Positions 48,639 to 58,106 are shown, numbered from the stretch's first letter. The stretch is 64,000 nt of DNA from an uncultured Gammaproteobacteria bacterium (GCA_964576435.1 CAZNUP010000001.1:535551-599550); one strand, 5' to 3'. Notes: a model not told the origin generated them from the letters alone. Numbers and translations are program-made.

Positions 48639-51600
48639 ATGGCAAATTTTACCCATCTCCATGTCCACTCAGAGTACTCCTTACTTGATGGCTTATCTAA
48701 GATAAATAAGCTAGTAAACCGTGTCAAAGAACTAGAAATGTCTTCTGTTGCACTAACTGATCACGGTGTAATGTATGGTGCTGTTGAATTTTATAAAGCA
48801 GCTAAAAAAGCAGAAATAAAACCCATTATTGGAATGGAAGGATACGTAACTCCTGGCGATCATTTAAAAAAAGAAGGTAAAGAAGACAAAGTTAATAACC
48901 ATCTTGTTCTCCTCGCTAAAAACTACACTGGCTACAAAAATCTAATGAAACTAACTTCAATTGGGCACCTTGAAGGTTTCTACTATCGCCCAAGAGTTAG
49001 TAAAGAAATTTTGCGTCAGTATTCAGAAGGTTTAATTTGTTTATCAGCATGTCCCAAGGGTGAAATTGGGCAGCTTTTAATAGAGGGAGATTATGAAGAG
49101 GCTAAAAAACAAGCTACTTGGTATGCAGAGGTTTTTGGTGAAGGTAACTACTATTTAGAAATTCAACGCCACCAATATAAAGACTATTGGGATAAAGTAA
49201 CTGACCAAAAGTTAAAAGAAAAGCTCCAAACCATCCAAGTGTCAGAAGATAAATGGGTAGAAGGCACAGTTAAATTAAGTAGAGATCTAGGTTTACCTCT
49301 TGTTGCAACTAATGATTCCCACTATTTAAAACAAACCGATGCGATAGCCCAAGATGCTCTTGTGTGTATCTCAACCGGCAAAAATGTTTCTGATATTGAA
49401 AGGCTTCGCTATGTCGACACCCCCACCTTTCACCTAAGAAGCGAACAAGAAATGCAGGCTATTTTCCCAGAGTACCCAGAAGCGTTAGAAAATACAAAGA
49501 AAATTTCCGACATGACAGATGTTCAAATAGAACTTGGTAAATGGTATTTTCCAAAGTTTGAAATTCCAGACGGTAGTGATGCTGCAGATTTCCTAAGAAA
49601 AAAAGCCAATGAAAAAATTAAAGATCGCTACGACACAATAACCGAAGAACTTAAAAAGCGTCTGGATTTTGAATTAGATGTCATTATTCAAAAAGGATAC
49701 GCCCCATACTTTTTAATGATGGGGGATATGATTGCCTTTTGTGAAGAGCACGGCATTATTACAAACACAAGAGGCTCAGCAGCCGGTTCCTTGGTTTCCT
49801 ATTCACTAGGTATTACAACCGTTGATCCCATCAAATACTACCTGCCTTTTGAAAGGTTCCTAAACCCATTAAGACCTAAACCGCCGGATATTGATTTAGA
49901 TATTGCAGACGACAAAAGAGAAGAGCTTCTAAACTATATTAGAGAAAAGTATGGACAAGATAAAGTTGCTCAAATCTGTACTTTTGGAAGAATGTTAGCA
50001 AGGGGTGGGGTTCGTGATGTTGCAAGAGTTTTAGGTTATCCGTATGCAGTTGGGGACAAAATTTCCAAAATGATTCCCATGGGATCTCAGGGTTTTCCAA
50101 TGACCATCGAGAAGGCATTAGAGATAACACCTGAGCTTAAAGCTCAGTATGATTCTGATCCAGATACTAAAAAAATAATTGACCTAGCTAAAGAGATTGA
50201 AGGAAACGCCAGACACTCCTCAGTCCATGCCGCAGGAGTTGTGGTTTCACCAAATGTCATGACCGATTTCTCACCTCTGCAATTTGATCCAGATGGGGAA
50301 AAAATTATTACCCAATACGAAATGCACGCCTGTGAGGATGTTGGTCTAGTAAAATTCGACATACTTGGAATTAGAAACCTTTCTATTTTAGGAGCAGCTG
50401 TAGAAATTATTAAACAAACTCGTGGTGAAGACATTGATTTAAGAAAAATTCCTCAAGACGACGAAAAAACCTTCAAGATGCTAGCAGCCGGCGGAACCAT
50501 GGGCACTTTTCAACTTGGGGGAAGTGGCATGACCAAATGGCTTATGGAACTAAAGCCCACCCGAATTGAAGACATCATGGTTATGATTGCACTTTTTAGA
50601 CCAGGCCCCATGAATAATATCCAAGAGTTTATTGCAAGAAAACACGGCAAAGTTCCAGTCAAATATCTCCATCCAAAAATGGCAGACTTCTTAGATAAGT
50701 CATATGGAATTCTTGTTTATCAGGACGACATTCTTTTTATGGCACTTCAAATTGCAGGTTACGACTGGTCAACTGTTGATGCTCTAAGGCAAGCAATTGG
50801 TAAGAAAAAACCCAAAGAAATGGCCGAACAGCATGAGATTTTTGTTGAAGGTTGCATTAAGACTTCAGGCCTCACTAAAGAAGAAGCAGAAAAACTTTGG
50901 GACTTAACTGTTCCTTTCCAAGGTTACGGGTTTAATAAAGCTCACGCCGCTTCCTACGGAATAATTTCCTATCAAACTTCTTATATTAAAGCTCATTACC
51001 CGGTTGAATACATGTGTGCACTCTTGACGGCAGAGTCAGGTGACACCGATAAGATTGCTGAAGCAGTTGAGGAGTGTAAAAGAATGAAGATAAAAGTGTT
51101 AGCTCCCGACATAAACAAGTCTCATGTAGGTTTCACAATTGAAAATGATGAAAAGTCTCTGGATGGTAAAGCAATTAGATTTGGGTTATCAGCTATTAAA
51201 AATGTTGGCGAAGCAGCTATTAAAGCAATTCTTACTGTTAGAGATGTTGACGGACCATTTACCTCTTTAAGTAATTTCACTTCCCGGGTTGAGCTTCAAA
51301 AAGTAAACAAGAAAGTTTTGGAAAGTCTGATTAAAGCAGGTGCCTTAGATGCTTTTGGAAAGAAATCCTCAATGCTTCTGGGGATTGAAAAAATTATTTC
51401 CGATTCCCACAAAAAATCAAAGTCCGTAACAACTGGTCAAAATGGACTTTTTGATGGTGAAGATATGATGGAACCAGAGGCTCAAAGTTTTGATCTTTCA
51501 GATCTAGATGAATTACCAAAAGAACAGTTATTGGCATATGAATATGAACTACTAGGTTTCTATTTAACAGAGCACCCGGCAGCAAAGTTCTTGGAAGAAG

Positions 51601-51914
51601 TGAACGAAATGTCTACACACAACATCAGCGTACTTCTAGAAGATATCAGTAGTTATAACGGAAAAAATGTTACGGTGGGTGGACTAATTACAGGTATGCG
51701 TAAGATTTTTACTAAGAAAAATAACGATGAAATGGCTTTTGTTACAATTGAAAATAGCACAGGCACAAAGATGGAATGTGTCGTTTTTCCAAGAACCTTC
51801 ACCGACTACAAAGACTATTGGCAAACAAATAATGTAGTCTTAATTACCGGAAAAGTTGATACTAGGGAAGATAGAACTTCATTAATTGTCGAAAAGGCGA
51901 GAAAGATAAATTAG
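48639..51914 (+). CDS. dnaE: DNA polymerase III alpha subunit
   Basis: PHP start FTHLHVHSEYSLLDG, polymerase core, OB fold near the C-terminus; 1091 aa. Confidence 0.95.
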   Translation: MANFTHLHVHSEYSLLDGLSKINKLVNRVKELEMSSVALTDHGVMYGAVEFYKAAKKAEIKPIIGMEGYVTPGDHLKKEGKEDKVNNHLVLLAKNYTGYKNLMKLTSIGHLEGFYYRPRVSKEILRQYSEGLICLSACPKGEIGQLLIEGDYEEAKKQATWYAEVFGEGNYYLEIQRHQYKDYWDKVTDQKLKEKLQTIQVSEDKWVEGTVKLSRDLGLPLVATNDSHYLKQTDAIAQDALVCISTGKNVSDIERLRYVDTPTFHLRSEQEMQAIFPEYPEALENTKKISDMTDVQIELGKWYFPKFEIPDGSDAADFLRKKANEKIKDRYDTITEELKKRLDFELDVIIQKGYAPYFLMMGDMIAFCEEHGIITNTRGSAAGSLVSYSLGITTVDPIKYYLPFERFLNPLRPKPPDIDLDIADDKREELLNYIREKYGQDKVAQICTFGRMLARGGVRDVARVLGYPYAVGDKISKMIPMGSQGFPMTIEKALEITPELKAQYDSDPDTKKIIDLAKEIEGNARHSSVHAAGVVVSPNVMTDFSPLQFDPDGEKIITQYEMHACEDVGLVKFDILGIRNLSILGAAVEIIKQTRGEDIDLRKIPQDDEKTFKMLAAGGTMGTFQLGGSGMTKWLMELKPTRIEDIMVMIALFRPGPMNNIQEFIARKHGKVPVKYLHPKMADFLDKSYGILVYQDDILFMALQIAGYDWSTVDALRQAIGKKKPKEMAEQHEIFVEGCIKTSGLTKEEAEKLWDLTVPFQGYGFNKAHAASYGIISYQTSYIKAHYPVEYMCALLTAESGDTDKIAEAVEECKRMKIKVLAPDINKSHVGFTIENDEKSLDGKAIRFGLSAIKNVGEAAIKAILTVRDVDGPFTSLSNFTSRVELQKVNKKVLESLIKAGALDAFGKKSSMLLGIEKIISDSHKKSKSVTTGQNGLFDGEDMMEPEAQSFDLSDLDELPKEQLLAYEYELLGFYLTEHPAAKFLEEVNEMSTHNISVLLEDISSYNGKNVTVGGLITGMRKIFTKKNNDEMAFVTIENSTGTKMECVVFPRTFTDYKDYWQTNNVVLITGKVDTREDRTSLIVEKARKIN

Positions 51915-51961
51915 GATTCGATGCTTGAAAATCAGTCTCAAAAGACCTATAATATTAGAAT

Positions 51962-52258
51962 ATGGAAGTAGAAATTGAATGTCTTGATGGTGTAAAAGCC
52001 ACGGCAATTGTTACTGGGTTAGATTTCAATAAGCTAGAAGAGCAAAAGTTGAAACCTAATTCAACTTTACGGCTAAAATTTAATATAAAATTAGAAGTGC
52101 CTGTCGATTTTAAAGATACCCGTCAAGTTGAAATAAAATCTCAGACTGACGTGCCAGGAATGATTATCAAGGAAGCTCAGTCAGTACAAACTGACCATTG
52201 TACGCGAATATGCGGAGTTAACGGTGTTTGCCCACGCAACGGGAATAGAATCTACTAG
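51962..52258 (+). CDS. hypothetical protein (98 aa)
   Basis: ORF only. Confidence 0.3.
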   Translation: MEVEIECLDGVKATAIVTGLDFNKLEEQKLKPNSTLRLKFNIKLEVPVDFKDTRQVEIKSQTDVPGMIIKEAQSVQTDHCTRICGVNGVCPRNGNRIY

Positions 52259-52280
52259 TCTTATGTGCTAAAATACCCTT

Positions 52281-52574
52281 ATGACAATAGATTTTAACGT
52301 TGGAGATACAGTCCGAGTTCACCAAAAGATCCAAGAGGGTGATAAAACCCGTGTCCAGATCTTTGAAGGTGTTGTCTTAAAAATTGACAGAAATGCCAAA
52401 TCTTATACAGTAAGAAAGGTTTCTGATGGTATTGGTGTTGAAAGAATCTGGAATTTTGAAACACCATGGGTAGAAAAGGTTGAAGTCAAAAAACAAGCCA
52501 AGAAAATTAGAAGGGCCAAACTCTATTATCTCCGTGGCCTAACCCAAAAAGAAACCGCCCGGGTTGTTGCTTAA
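52281..52574 (+). CDS. rplS: 50S ribosomal protein L19
   Basis: [25 protein letters not shown]…[14 protein letters not shown] matches bL19. Confidence 0.85.
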   Translation: MTIDFNVGDTVRVHQKIQEGDKTRVQIFEGVVLKIDRNAKSYTVRKVSDGIGVERIWNFETPWVEKVEVKKQAKKIRRAKLYYLRGLTQKETARVVA

Positions 52575-52739
52575 TCATAAAGGTTCTCCATAACTATTCT
52601 GAATGGCAAACTAATCTCAAGTGATCTAATTCTTATCTCCATTTCTGCTGCGAGGTGTTTGTGTTTATTCTTATTGAAATATTAATGATTCCACCACAAG
52701 GGTTAATAGGCACATATTTAAGCTGAACAAAAGCCACTC

Positions 52740-52766
52740 ACTACTCTACTTAATGAGTAGTCTTTT
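52740..52766 (+). terminator. candidate intrinsic terminator after rplS
   Basis: ACTACTC-tacttaat-GAGTAGT hairpin followed by CTTTTGTGT. The stem is AT-rich. Confidence 0.25.
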
Positions 52767-52832
52767 GTGTAAAAAGAAGTGTAAAGAAAGTTTGGGAAAT
52801 TAAGTAACTTCCACTGATTATTCACATTCATG

Positions 52833-52905
52833 TGGGTCGACAGGGATTCGAACCCTGGACCAATTCCTTAAAAGGGAACTGCTCTACCAGCTGAGCTATC
52901 GACCC
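52833..52905 (-). tRNA. tRNA-Lys (anticodon TTT)
   Basis: Reverse complement is GGGTCGATAGCTCAGCTGGTAGAGCAGTTCCCTTTTAAGGAATTGGTCCAGGGTTCGAATCCCTGTCGACCCA. Confidence 0.9.
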
Positions 52906-52957
52906 CGAATAGCCTTATTTTATCTTTTTTGTTAAAATTGAGCAAGCTTGCTAATCA

Positions 52958-53029
52958 GGCGCCATCGTCTATCGGCTAGGACGGCAGATTTTCACTCTGC
53001 CAAGCGGGGTTCGACTCCCCGTGGCGTCA
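52958..53029 (+). tRNA. tRNA-Glu (anticodon TTC)
   Basis: GGCGCCATCGTCTATCGGCTAGGACGGCAGATTTTCACTCTGCCAAGCGGGGTTCGACTCCCCGTGGCGTCA. The D-arm resembles E. coli tRNA-Glu. Confidence 0.9.
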
Positions 53030-53034
53030 CACTT

Positions 53035-53107
53035 ATCTGGTGAAAAATCTAATAAATAAATCTTCACGAAATTCTCAGTTCAATAGTGTTTCACTATCAA
53101 CCGACAT
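53035..53107 (+). repeat. U-repeat copy A1 (~70-nt tRNA-Glu-3'-half-like direct repeat)
   Basis: ATCTGGTGAAAAATCTAATAAATAAATCTTCACGAAATTCTCAGTTCAATAGTGTTTCACTATCAACC; starts 5 nt after tRNA-Glu. Confidence 0.6.
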
Positions 53108-53178
53108 TTCAATGAGGTGAAAAAATAAACAACTAATACTTCACAAAATCTTCAGATTAAAGTGTTCGACTACCAATC
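53108..53178 (+). repeat. U-repeat copy A2
   Basis: …GAGGTGAAAAAATAAACAACTAATACTTCACAAAATCTTCAGATTAAAGTGTTCGACTACCAATC. Confidence 0.6.
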
Positions 53179-53204
53179 AAGGCAGATATGCTATTCTAAA
53201 TTAA

Positions 53205-53881
53205 TGTCCCAAAAAGGAAACATAATTGTGCCCATTTTAGTAATTGCACTTTTAATCTCATTAGGGTTAGCTGGTTATCTATTTTGGCAAAATCAACAAC
53301 TTCAAAATCAGACAACAAATATTGTTGACTCTCCAACAGTGACTCCTCAAACCAATATAAGTCCAATACCATCTATTTCAAATGAAACAGATAAGTGGGA
53401 CATACTTACAGGTACGGATTTAAAGATTTCGTTTAAGTATCCGAGCAACTGGTACACATTTCCAGGAGGAGATGTCAATCTGCCTCAGATCTTTGTACAA
53501 AATGTACCTCAATCCAATATAGGAACTGATGCACTACAAGAAGGGCAATTTAGCATGATTTTTTCAGATATTCCAAGTTATAAATTTAAAACAGTCGAAG
53601 AACTTGAGACTGAATTAGACAAAAAAGAAGGAACCGACGGATTTTACATTGGTGATTATGTAGGAAAAGTGAAAATAGAAAATAAACAGAAATTAAATAT
53701 AAACAACAATCCCGTCTTTGTCCAAACAATTACATATACTGAAAGACCCGACCTACATATAACAACCTACTACATTTTGGATGGAAATGGGAAAGTTACA
53801 AAATTGGAGACTATTGGTCAAAAGGCTGCTAACATAAATACTTTTAACAAAATTCTTCAATCCTTTAATTTTGAAAACTAG
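53205..53881 (+). CDS. hypothetical membrane-anchored extracellular protein (cassette gene 1)
   Basis: Probable start MSQKGN…; TM anchor with the GYLFWQNQQLQNQ motif shared with 60578-61297. The ORF track starts at 53162 inside the repeat. Confidence 0.45.
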
Positions 53882-53905
53882 CGTAGCTATATTGGTCTAT
53901 CCGAT

Positions 53906-53951
53906 AAATGTGCTCAAATATGTGTTCCATCTTTTGCCCAACCACCTCACC
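53906..53951 (+). repeat. D-element copy 1 (GTGTTC-core repeat)
   Basis: AAATGTGCTCAAATATGTGTTCCATCTTTTGCCCAACCACCTCACC directly abuts U-repeat B. Confidence 0.45.
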
Positions 53952-53954
53952 TTA

Positions 53955-54027
53955 ATCTGGTGAAAATAAATCACTAAATCTTCACGAAGCTCTTCAGATT
54001 GTAAGTGTTCGACTCCATTTCGTTCAC
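53955..54027 (+). repeat. U-repeat copy B (73 nt)
   Basis: ATCTGGTGAAAATAAATCACTAAATCTTCACGAAGCTCTTCAGATTGTAAGTGTTCGACTCCATTTCGTTCAC contains the exact 10-mer GTTCGACTCC of the tRNA-Glu T-arm. Confidence 0.6.
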
Positions 54028-54068
54028 AATATTTTGACAAACGTCTGTTCTTCTGTAAGAATTAACAT

Positions 54069-54551
54069 ATGGCATCAAAAAAGGGATCAAGTGGAACTTC
54101 CGAGGACACAAAGACAATTGTCACAGTTTTGCTTTTACTATTCGTTTTTCCATTAGGTTTAGTCTTAATGTGGTTTTGGACGAAATGGCCAAGCTGGATA
54201 AAACTTTTAATCTCTGTCCCTATCATCATTCTTGGATTTTTGTTTATTGTAGGGGTCTTCACCGTAGCGAATCAGCGCAGCTTGGATCAAAGCAGAATGG
54301 CAGACGTTCGGAAAATATCAGATGAGGCTGGGCATTATTGCTTTGAACACAACACATGCTTTCAGGGAAAATACGACAGTATGATGGAATTTATTAATCT
54401 GACCAATCTAGAATTAAATATTCCTTTATTGGATAAAGATTCTAACTATACATACGAATTAACTGACGGTGGAAAAAATTGCGTAATAAAATCCAAATTG
54501 TCCTCTGGGGAAGTATACTCAATAAATTGTATGAGATTTGCGCTTGACTAA
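54069..54551 (+). CDS. hypothetical small membrane protein with Cys-containing extracellular domain (cassette gene 2)
   Basis: Two TM helices. A TTGACA-N16-TAAGAAT promoter-like pair lies about 35 nt upstream. Confidence 0.45.
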   Translation: MASKKGSSGTSEDTKTIVTVLLLLFVFPLGLVLMWFWTKWPSWIKLLISVPIIILGFLFIVGVFTVANQRSLDQSRMADVRKISDEAGHYCFEHNTCFQGKYDSMMEFINLTNLELNIPLLDKDSNYTYELTDGGKNCVIKSKLSSGEVYSINCMRFALD

Positions 54552-54600
54552 AAAGAGCTCACTAGTGTTCTTGCTCATGAGGTGGCTGACACAAGAAGAT

Positions 54601-54657
54601 AAACGTGCTTCATATTCAAAGCTAGGTGTTCCGTCTTTTGCCCAACCACATCACAAA
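54601..54657 (+). repeat. D-element copy 2
   Basis: AAACGTGCTTCATATTCAAAGCTAGGTGTTCCGTCTTTTGCCCAACCACATCACAAA. Confidence 0.45.
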
Positions 54658-54791
54658 TTTCGTAAGGTTCACCGCAACCCCTTGGGGTGCGCTGAAAAGC
54701 CTGATAACACCTGCTAATTTATCTTTGATTTGTTCGATCGGGCTTTAGATCCTGTAATAGAGTGTTTTATCCTTAGAAGGAAAAAAATTTC

Positions 54792-55241
54792 CTAGTTTTT
54801 CTCAAGAAGTTTTTTAAGCTGATCAATAACTGCTTTCTCCCAATGTTTCATTGAATACCAACGTAGCAGTGGCACAGCAACTATTCGTAACCACTTTTTA
54901 TGAATAGTGACTTGATAGGTATAGTCAATTAATGTTCCCTCTGTACACTCAGAAAGTAATAGCTCCTCATGACCAGAAGTTCCAAACTGATAGCTGTCAT
55001 TGTCCGAGATAAAACCTTTTCCAGGTAGAATTTGTGTCTTCATTTTGACTTTAAATCTTCTACCGAAAGATCTTAAAGTAGCTTCCATTTCCAGATTGTT
55101 GCCCTCATGTTTTATTATCTGAACAGATTCGGCGACCATTGGAAAATTTTGGGGAAACTTTTCAAAATCGGTTATTATTTTGAATACCTCATCTATAGAA
55201 GCTTTAACAATCCATTGGCCGTGTAGTGCTATTTCATTCAT
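54792..55241 (-). CDS. SRPBCC (START/Bet v1/polyketide-cyclase-like) family protein
   Basis: About 150 aa; start MNEIALHGQWIVKASIDEVFKIITDFEKFPQNFP is typical of the SRPBCC N-terminal helix. Confidence 0.55.
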   Translation of the reverse strand: MNEIALHGQWIVKASIDEVFKIITDFEKFPQNFPMVAESVQIIKHEGNNLEMEATLRSFGRRFKVKMKTQILPGKGFISDNDSYQFGTSGHEELLLSECTEGTLIDYTYQVTIHKKWLRIVAVPLLRWYSMKHWEKAVIDQLKKLLEKN

Positions 55242-55422
55242 AAAATTTAATTGTTCTTAATGTTTATTTTCCATTTATATCGTAACATTATTGCTCACTC
55301 CGGAGTAGGTAACACGTTTGTTTTCCTAGTTGATTGGGTGGGTATGTAAGCTAAAATGGCTTTAGACCTATAACTACCTGAGGTAATACTCTCGTGGTGA
55401 GAATCCCATTGCCCTCACCCCT

Positions 55423-55490
55423 ATCTGGTGAAAATTTCACCAACAAATCTTCACAAAAATTTAAGCTCAAAAGTGTTCTTCTACCAAGCA
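55423..55490 (+). repeat. U-repeat copy C
   Basis: ATCTGGTGAAAATTTCACCAACAAATCTTCACAAAAATTTAAGCTCAAAAGTGTTCTTCTACCAAGC includes the 7-1-7 palindrome GGTGAAA-A-TTTCACC. Confidence 0.55.
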
Positions 55491-55665
55491 GAATAATTCC
55501 AGTGATATAATTTTATTATGGAAGCTAAACGGGGTACGATTTTTTTACCCTGGTGGCCTCTAAAGTTATAACTGGTGAGGATGAAACAATCCTGTTAGCT
55601 TAAGAAAGTTACAATCGAATAAGGATCTAAAAATTAAAAATTAGATAACTTGAAAGAGAATCAAA

Positions 55666-56376
55666 ATGAAAACAGCACTTATAACTGGAGCTAATAGGGG
55701 ATTAGGGCGAGGGTTTGTAGAATATTTTCTAAGTCAAGGTTTTATGGTTTTTGCCGGTGTTCGGGATAAAACAAAATTGCCTGAGGACTTTCCTAAAGAT
55801 GAAAGTTTAACAATTGTTCAACTGGATGTTTCAAGTGATCATTCAATTGAATCAGCATACCATGATGTGTCTTCTAAAGTTGACCATTTAGATTTTCTTG
55901 TTAATAATGCTGGACTAAATAAAGACTCAGCAACAAATGGCCATAATGAGCTGGTTAGTAATTTATCAGATCTAAAGAGACAAGAATTATTAGAAATGTT
56001 TAATGTTAATACTATTTCCCCTATTTTAATCGTAAAAAGATTCCTGCCATTACTTAGATTAAATCCTAGCTTTGTTATAAATATTTCTAGTTGCAGGTCT
56101 TCTACAAAAGACGAATTTCCTATCACTTCAGCAAATTATGGTTACAAAGCTAGTAAAGCAGCATTAAATATGATGACTTTGTGCAGTGTTTTGGATTTAC
56201 CCTCAAATATAAAAACATTTGCTGTTCACCCGGGAAGCGTCAAAACACATATGAATCCAAAAGGAGTTCAAACTCCGCGAGAACAAGTAGAAAAAATCAT
56301 AAAAATAGCAAATAATTGGGACGACAGTCTCAATGGTCACTTTCTTCGTTATGATGGGTCTCTTTACCCACTGTAA
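55666..56376 (+). CDS. short-chain dehydrogenase/reductase (cassette gene 4)
   Basis: TGANRGLGRG Rossmann motif, NNAG, YKASKAA active-site YxxxK. Confidence 0.8.
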   Translation: MKTALITGANRGLGRGFVEYFLSQGFMVFAGVRDKTKLPEDFPKDESLTIVQLDVSSDHSIESAYHDVSSKVDHLDFLVNNAGLNKDSATNGHNELVSNLSDLKRQELLEMFNVNTISPILIVKRFLPLLRLNPSFVINISSCRSSTKDEFPITSANYGYKASKAALNMMTLCSVLDLPSNIKTFAVHPGSVKTHMNPKGVQTPREQVEKIIKIANNWDDSLNGHFLRYDGSLYPL

Positions 56377-56380
56377 ACTT

Positions 56381-56437
56381 GAAATGTGTTCTTCATATTC
56401 TTGTATATGACTCCATTTTTACCTAACCATTTGCATT
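56381..56437 (+). repeat. D-element copy 3
   Basis: AAATGTGTTCTTCATATTCTTGTATATGACTCCATTTTTACCTAACCATTTGCATTT. Confidence 0.4.
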
Positions 56438-56605
56438 TAAAAAACGTAAGTTAATAGTTTAGAACTTTTAAAACAACAAGGCTTCAACTTAATTGGAATA
56501 CAATGAAACCCTAAATTATGTTGTTAGTCAAAAATTAGGACAAAAAATTCTCATAATCTTTAATTATCTCTATTAATTCTGGTTTTTATAGTGTATAGTA
56601 ATGAC

Positions 56606-56734
56606 ATGGCAAAAAGACCGACAAGAATTGGCAAAAGAGGCAAATCAAGATCTCATAAAACTAAAAAGAGATTGGAAATTAAACGCCTTATGCTTATCGA
56701 TAAAGCTTCAAGACGCCACAAGACAAAAAAATAA
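56606..56734 (+). CDS. possible small highly basic protein (42 aa)
   Basis: MAKRPTRIGKRGKSRSHKTKKRLEIKRLMLIDKASRRHKTKK. Below the ORF-track size cut-off; an overlapping 58-aa frame also exists. Confidence 0.2.
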   Translation: MAKRPTRIGKRGKSRSHKTKKRLEIKRLMLIDKASRRHKTKK

Positions 56735-56770
56735 AGTGCAAACTTCTATTCTTGTGTGAAGATTACTGTC

Positions 56771-57013
56771 CTAAACAAATTCTCTAAAGAGTTTGGGAAC
56801 TAGGTACTTTACTCCAATAAAGACAATTGGCATTACCCAAAGAATATATAGTTTTGGCCAAGGCATAACTAGAAATATTAGAACAAGGACCCAAAAAGAC
56901 GAACACTCCACAAGAAGTGTAGTGGGCAATGGCCTTCTAGTTAAGCACCCATAGGTAAGAAGTAAAGAACAAGTAAAAACTATTCCCCAAGAAATCCATC
57001 CTAAAATATCCAT
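56771..57013 (-). CDS. small membrane protein (80 aa, 2 TM helices)
   Basis: Hydrophobic ORF co-oriented with 57045-58088. Confidence 0.35.
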   Translation of the reverse strand: MDILGWISWGIVFTCSLLLTYGCLTRRPLPTTLLVECSSFWVLVLIFLVMPWPKLYILWVMPIVFIGVKYLVPKLFREFV

Positions 57014-57044
57014 ACTCTATTATCCCACGTTTAACAAACTAGAG

Positions 57045-58088
57045 TTAAACATCGTTGTATTGGCTAAGTATCACGTTTACTGCCTGAAGGGCAAGAACAT
57101 CGAAAACCAGTCCCACTAAAGCTCCAAATTGGTTAATCCAAAAAATAAAGAACTGCACAATGAAAATTGAAATGAAAAGGGAATACTTGACGTAAGTAAA
57201 GGCTTTCTTCCTCGACCTGTGGAATTCTAAGGCTCCTCCAATTGCCAGAATCCCTGCTAAAAATGAACTGATAATAACTGCACTGGTTGCAAAGTCTAAT
57301 TCTAAAATTATTCCGTGCTCAATAATTCTCGATAAAATCCCTGAATAGTACAAAATTACAAATAGTAAAAGAAAGAAACTAAAAATTGCTTGAATTTCTA
57401 TAAGTACAATCACCAAGATCTGGAATGGTCGTCTACAAACTAAATTATTAACAAAGTTGGTAACTGTGTTTCGAAGTTTAGTCATAATGGCAAAGGCCTC
57501 GTGCCTGTCGGTTTCTTTCTCTTTTGTAAATGCGTACAGACTAGAAAATTCAAAAGGATTTCCAGCTTTACTTAAATATTGAAGAGCTAATACTTTTTCA
57601 ATGTCACTTATTCCATGAACTAGTGAATTTCTAAAAATATCTAAAGCGTTCGATATGTATTCCTCTTTAGATATTTGCATGTGGTTTTTTAAAATGTGCA
57701 TAAGAAGGAATAGAAGAACAAAGAAAATATAAATTAACGCAACTGTGGGCCTAAAAAAATAATTATTGTCAGAAGTTATAAATTTTCCAAGTTCATCAAT
57801 AAATAGTCCAAATCCAACACCTCCAAGAACGGCACAAAACGCTTTAATCCTTCTGTCCATAAAAAGGAAAGTAAGAAGTAGACAAATTAAAAGAAATAAT
57901 CCACCCCAAAGCATGTGAGCAATATGAAGTCCTGATCCACCAATTTGTGGATAGCCACTAATTTTTAAAAAAAACCGGACCCCCAGGATTGTAACCACTG
58001 TGGCAATAAGAAAATTCTCAAAATAGTCAAATCCTGCCAGATCTTGAGTAAGTTTTATTTTTCGAAAAAATTCCTTAATCCCTTTCAT
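57045..58088 (-). CDS. polytopic membrane protein, function unknown
   Basis: At least 8 TM helices with a central soluble loop. Confidence 0.45.
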   Translation of the reverse strand: MKGIKEFFRKIKLTQDLAGFDYFENFLIATVVTILGVRFFLKISGYPQIGGSGLHIAHMLWGGLFLLICLLLTFLFMDRRIKAFCAVLGGVGFGLFIDELGKFITSDNNYFFRPTVALIYIFFVLLFLLMHILKNHMQISKEEYISNALDIFRNSLVHGISDIEKVLALQYLSKAGNPFEFSSLYAFTKEKETDRHEAFAIMTKLRNTVTNFVNNLVCRRPFQILVIVLIEIQAIFSFFLLLFVILYYSGILSRIIEHGIILELDFATSAVIISSFLAGILAIGGALEFHRSRKKAFTYVKYSLFISIFIVQFFIFWINQFGALVGLVFDVLALQAVNVILSQYNDV

Positions 58089-58106
58089 TCTGTTATATTA
58101 CACCAA

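Noticed and set aside
53035-55490. U-repeat copies as functional tRNA genes, since copy B is exactly 73 nt long.
   Set aside because: None of the copies can form an acceptor stem or cloverleaf. The 5' and 3' ends are not complementary. They are decayed att-like or pseudo-tRNA remnants.
56601-56734. Small basic ORF as a ribosomal protein (L32/L34/THX-like).
   Set aside because: The resemblance is limited to an Arg/Lys-rich composition with an R-S-H-K core. Two overlapping frames are both open and no RBS is convincing. It is kept only as a low-confidence feature.
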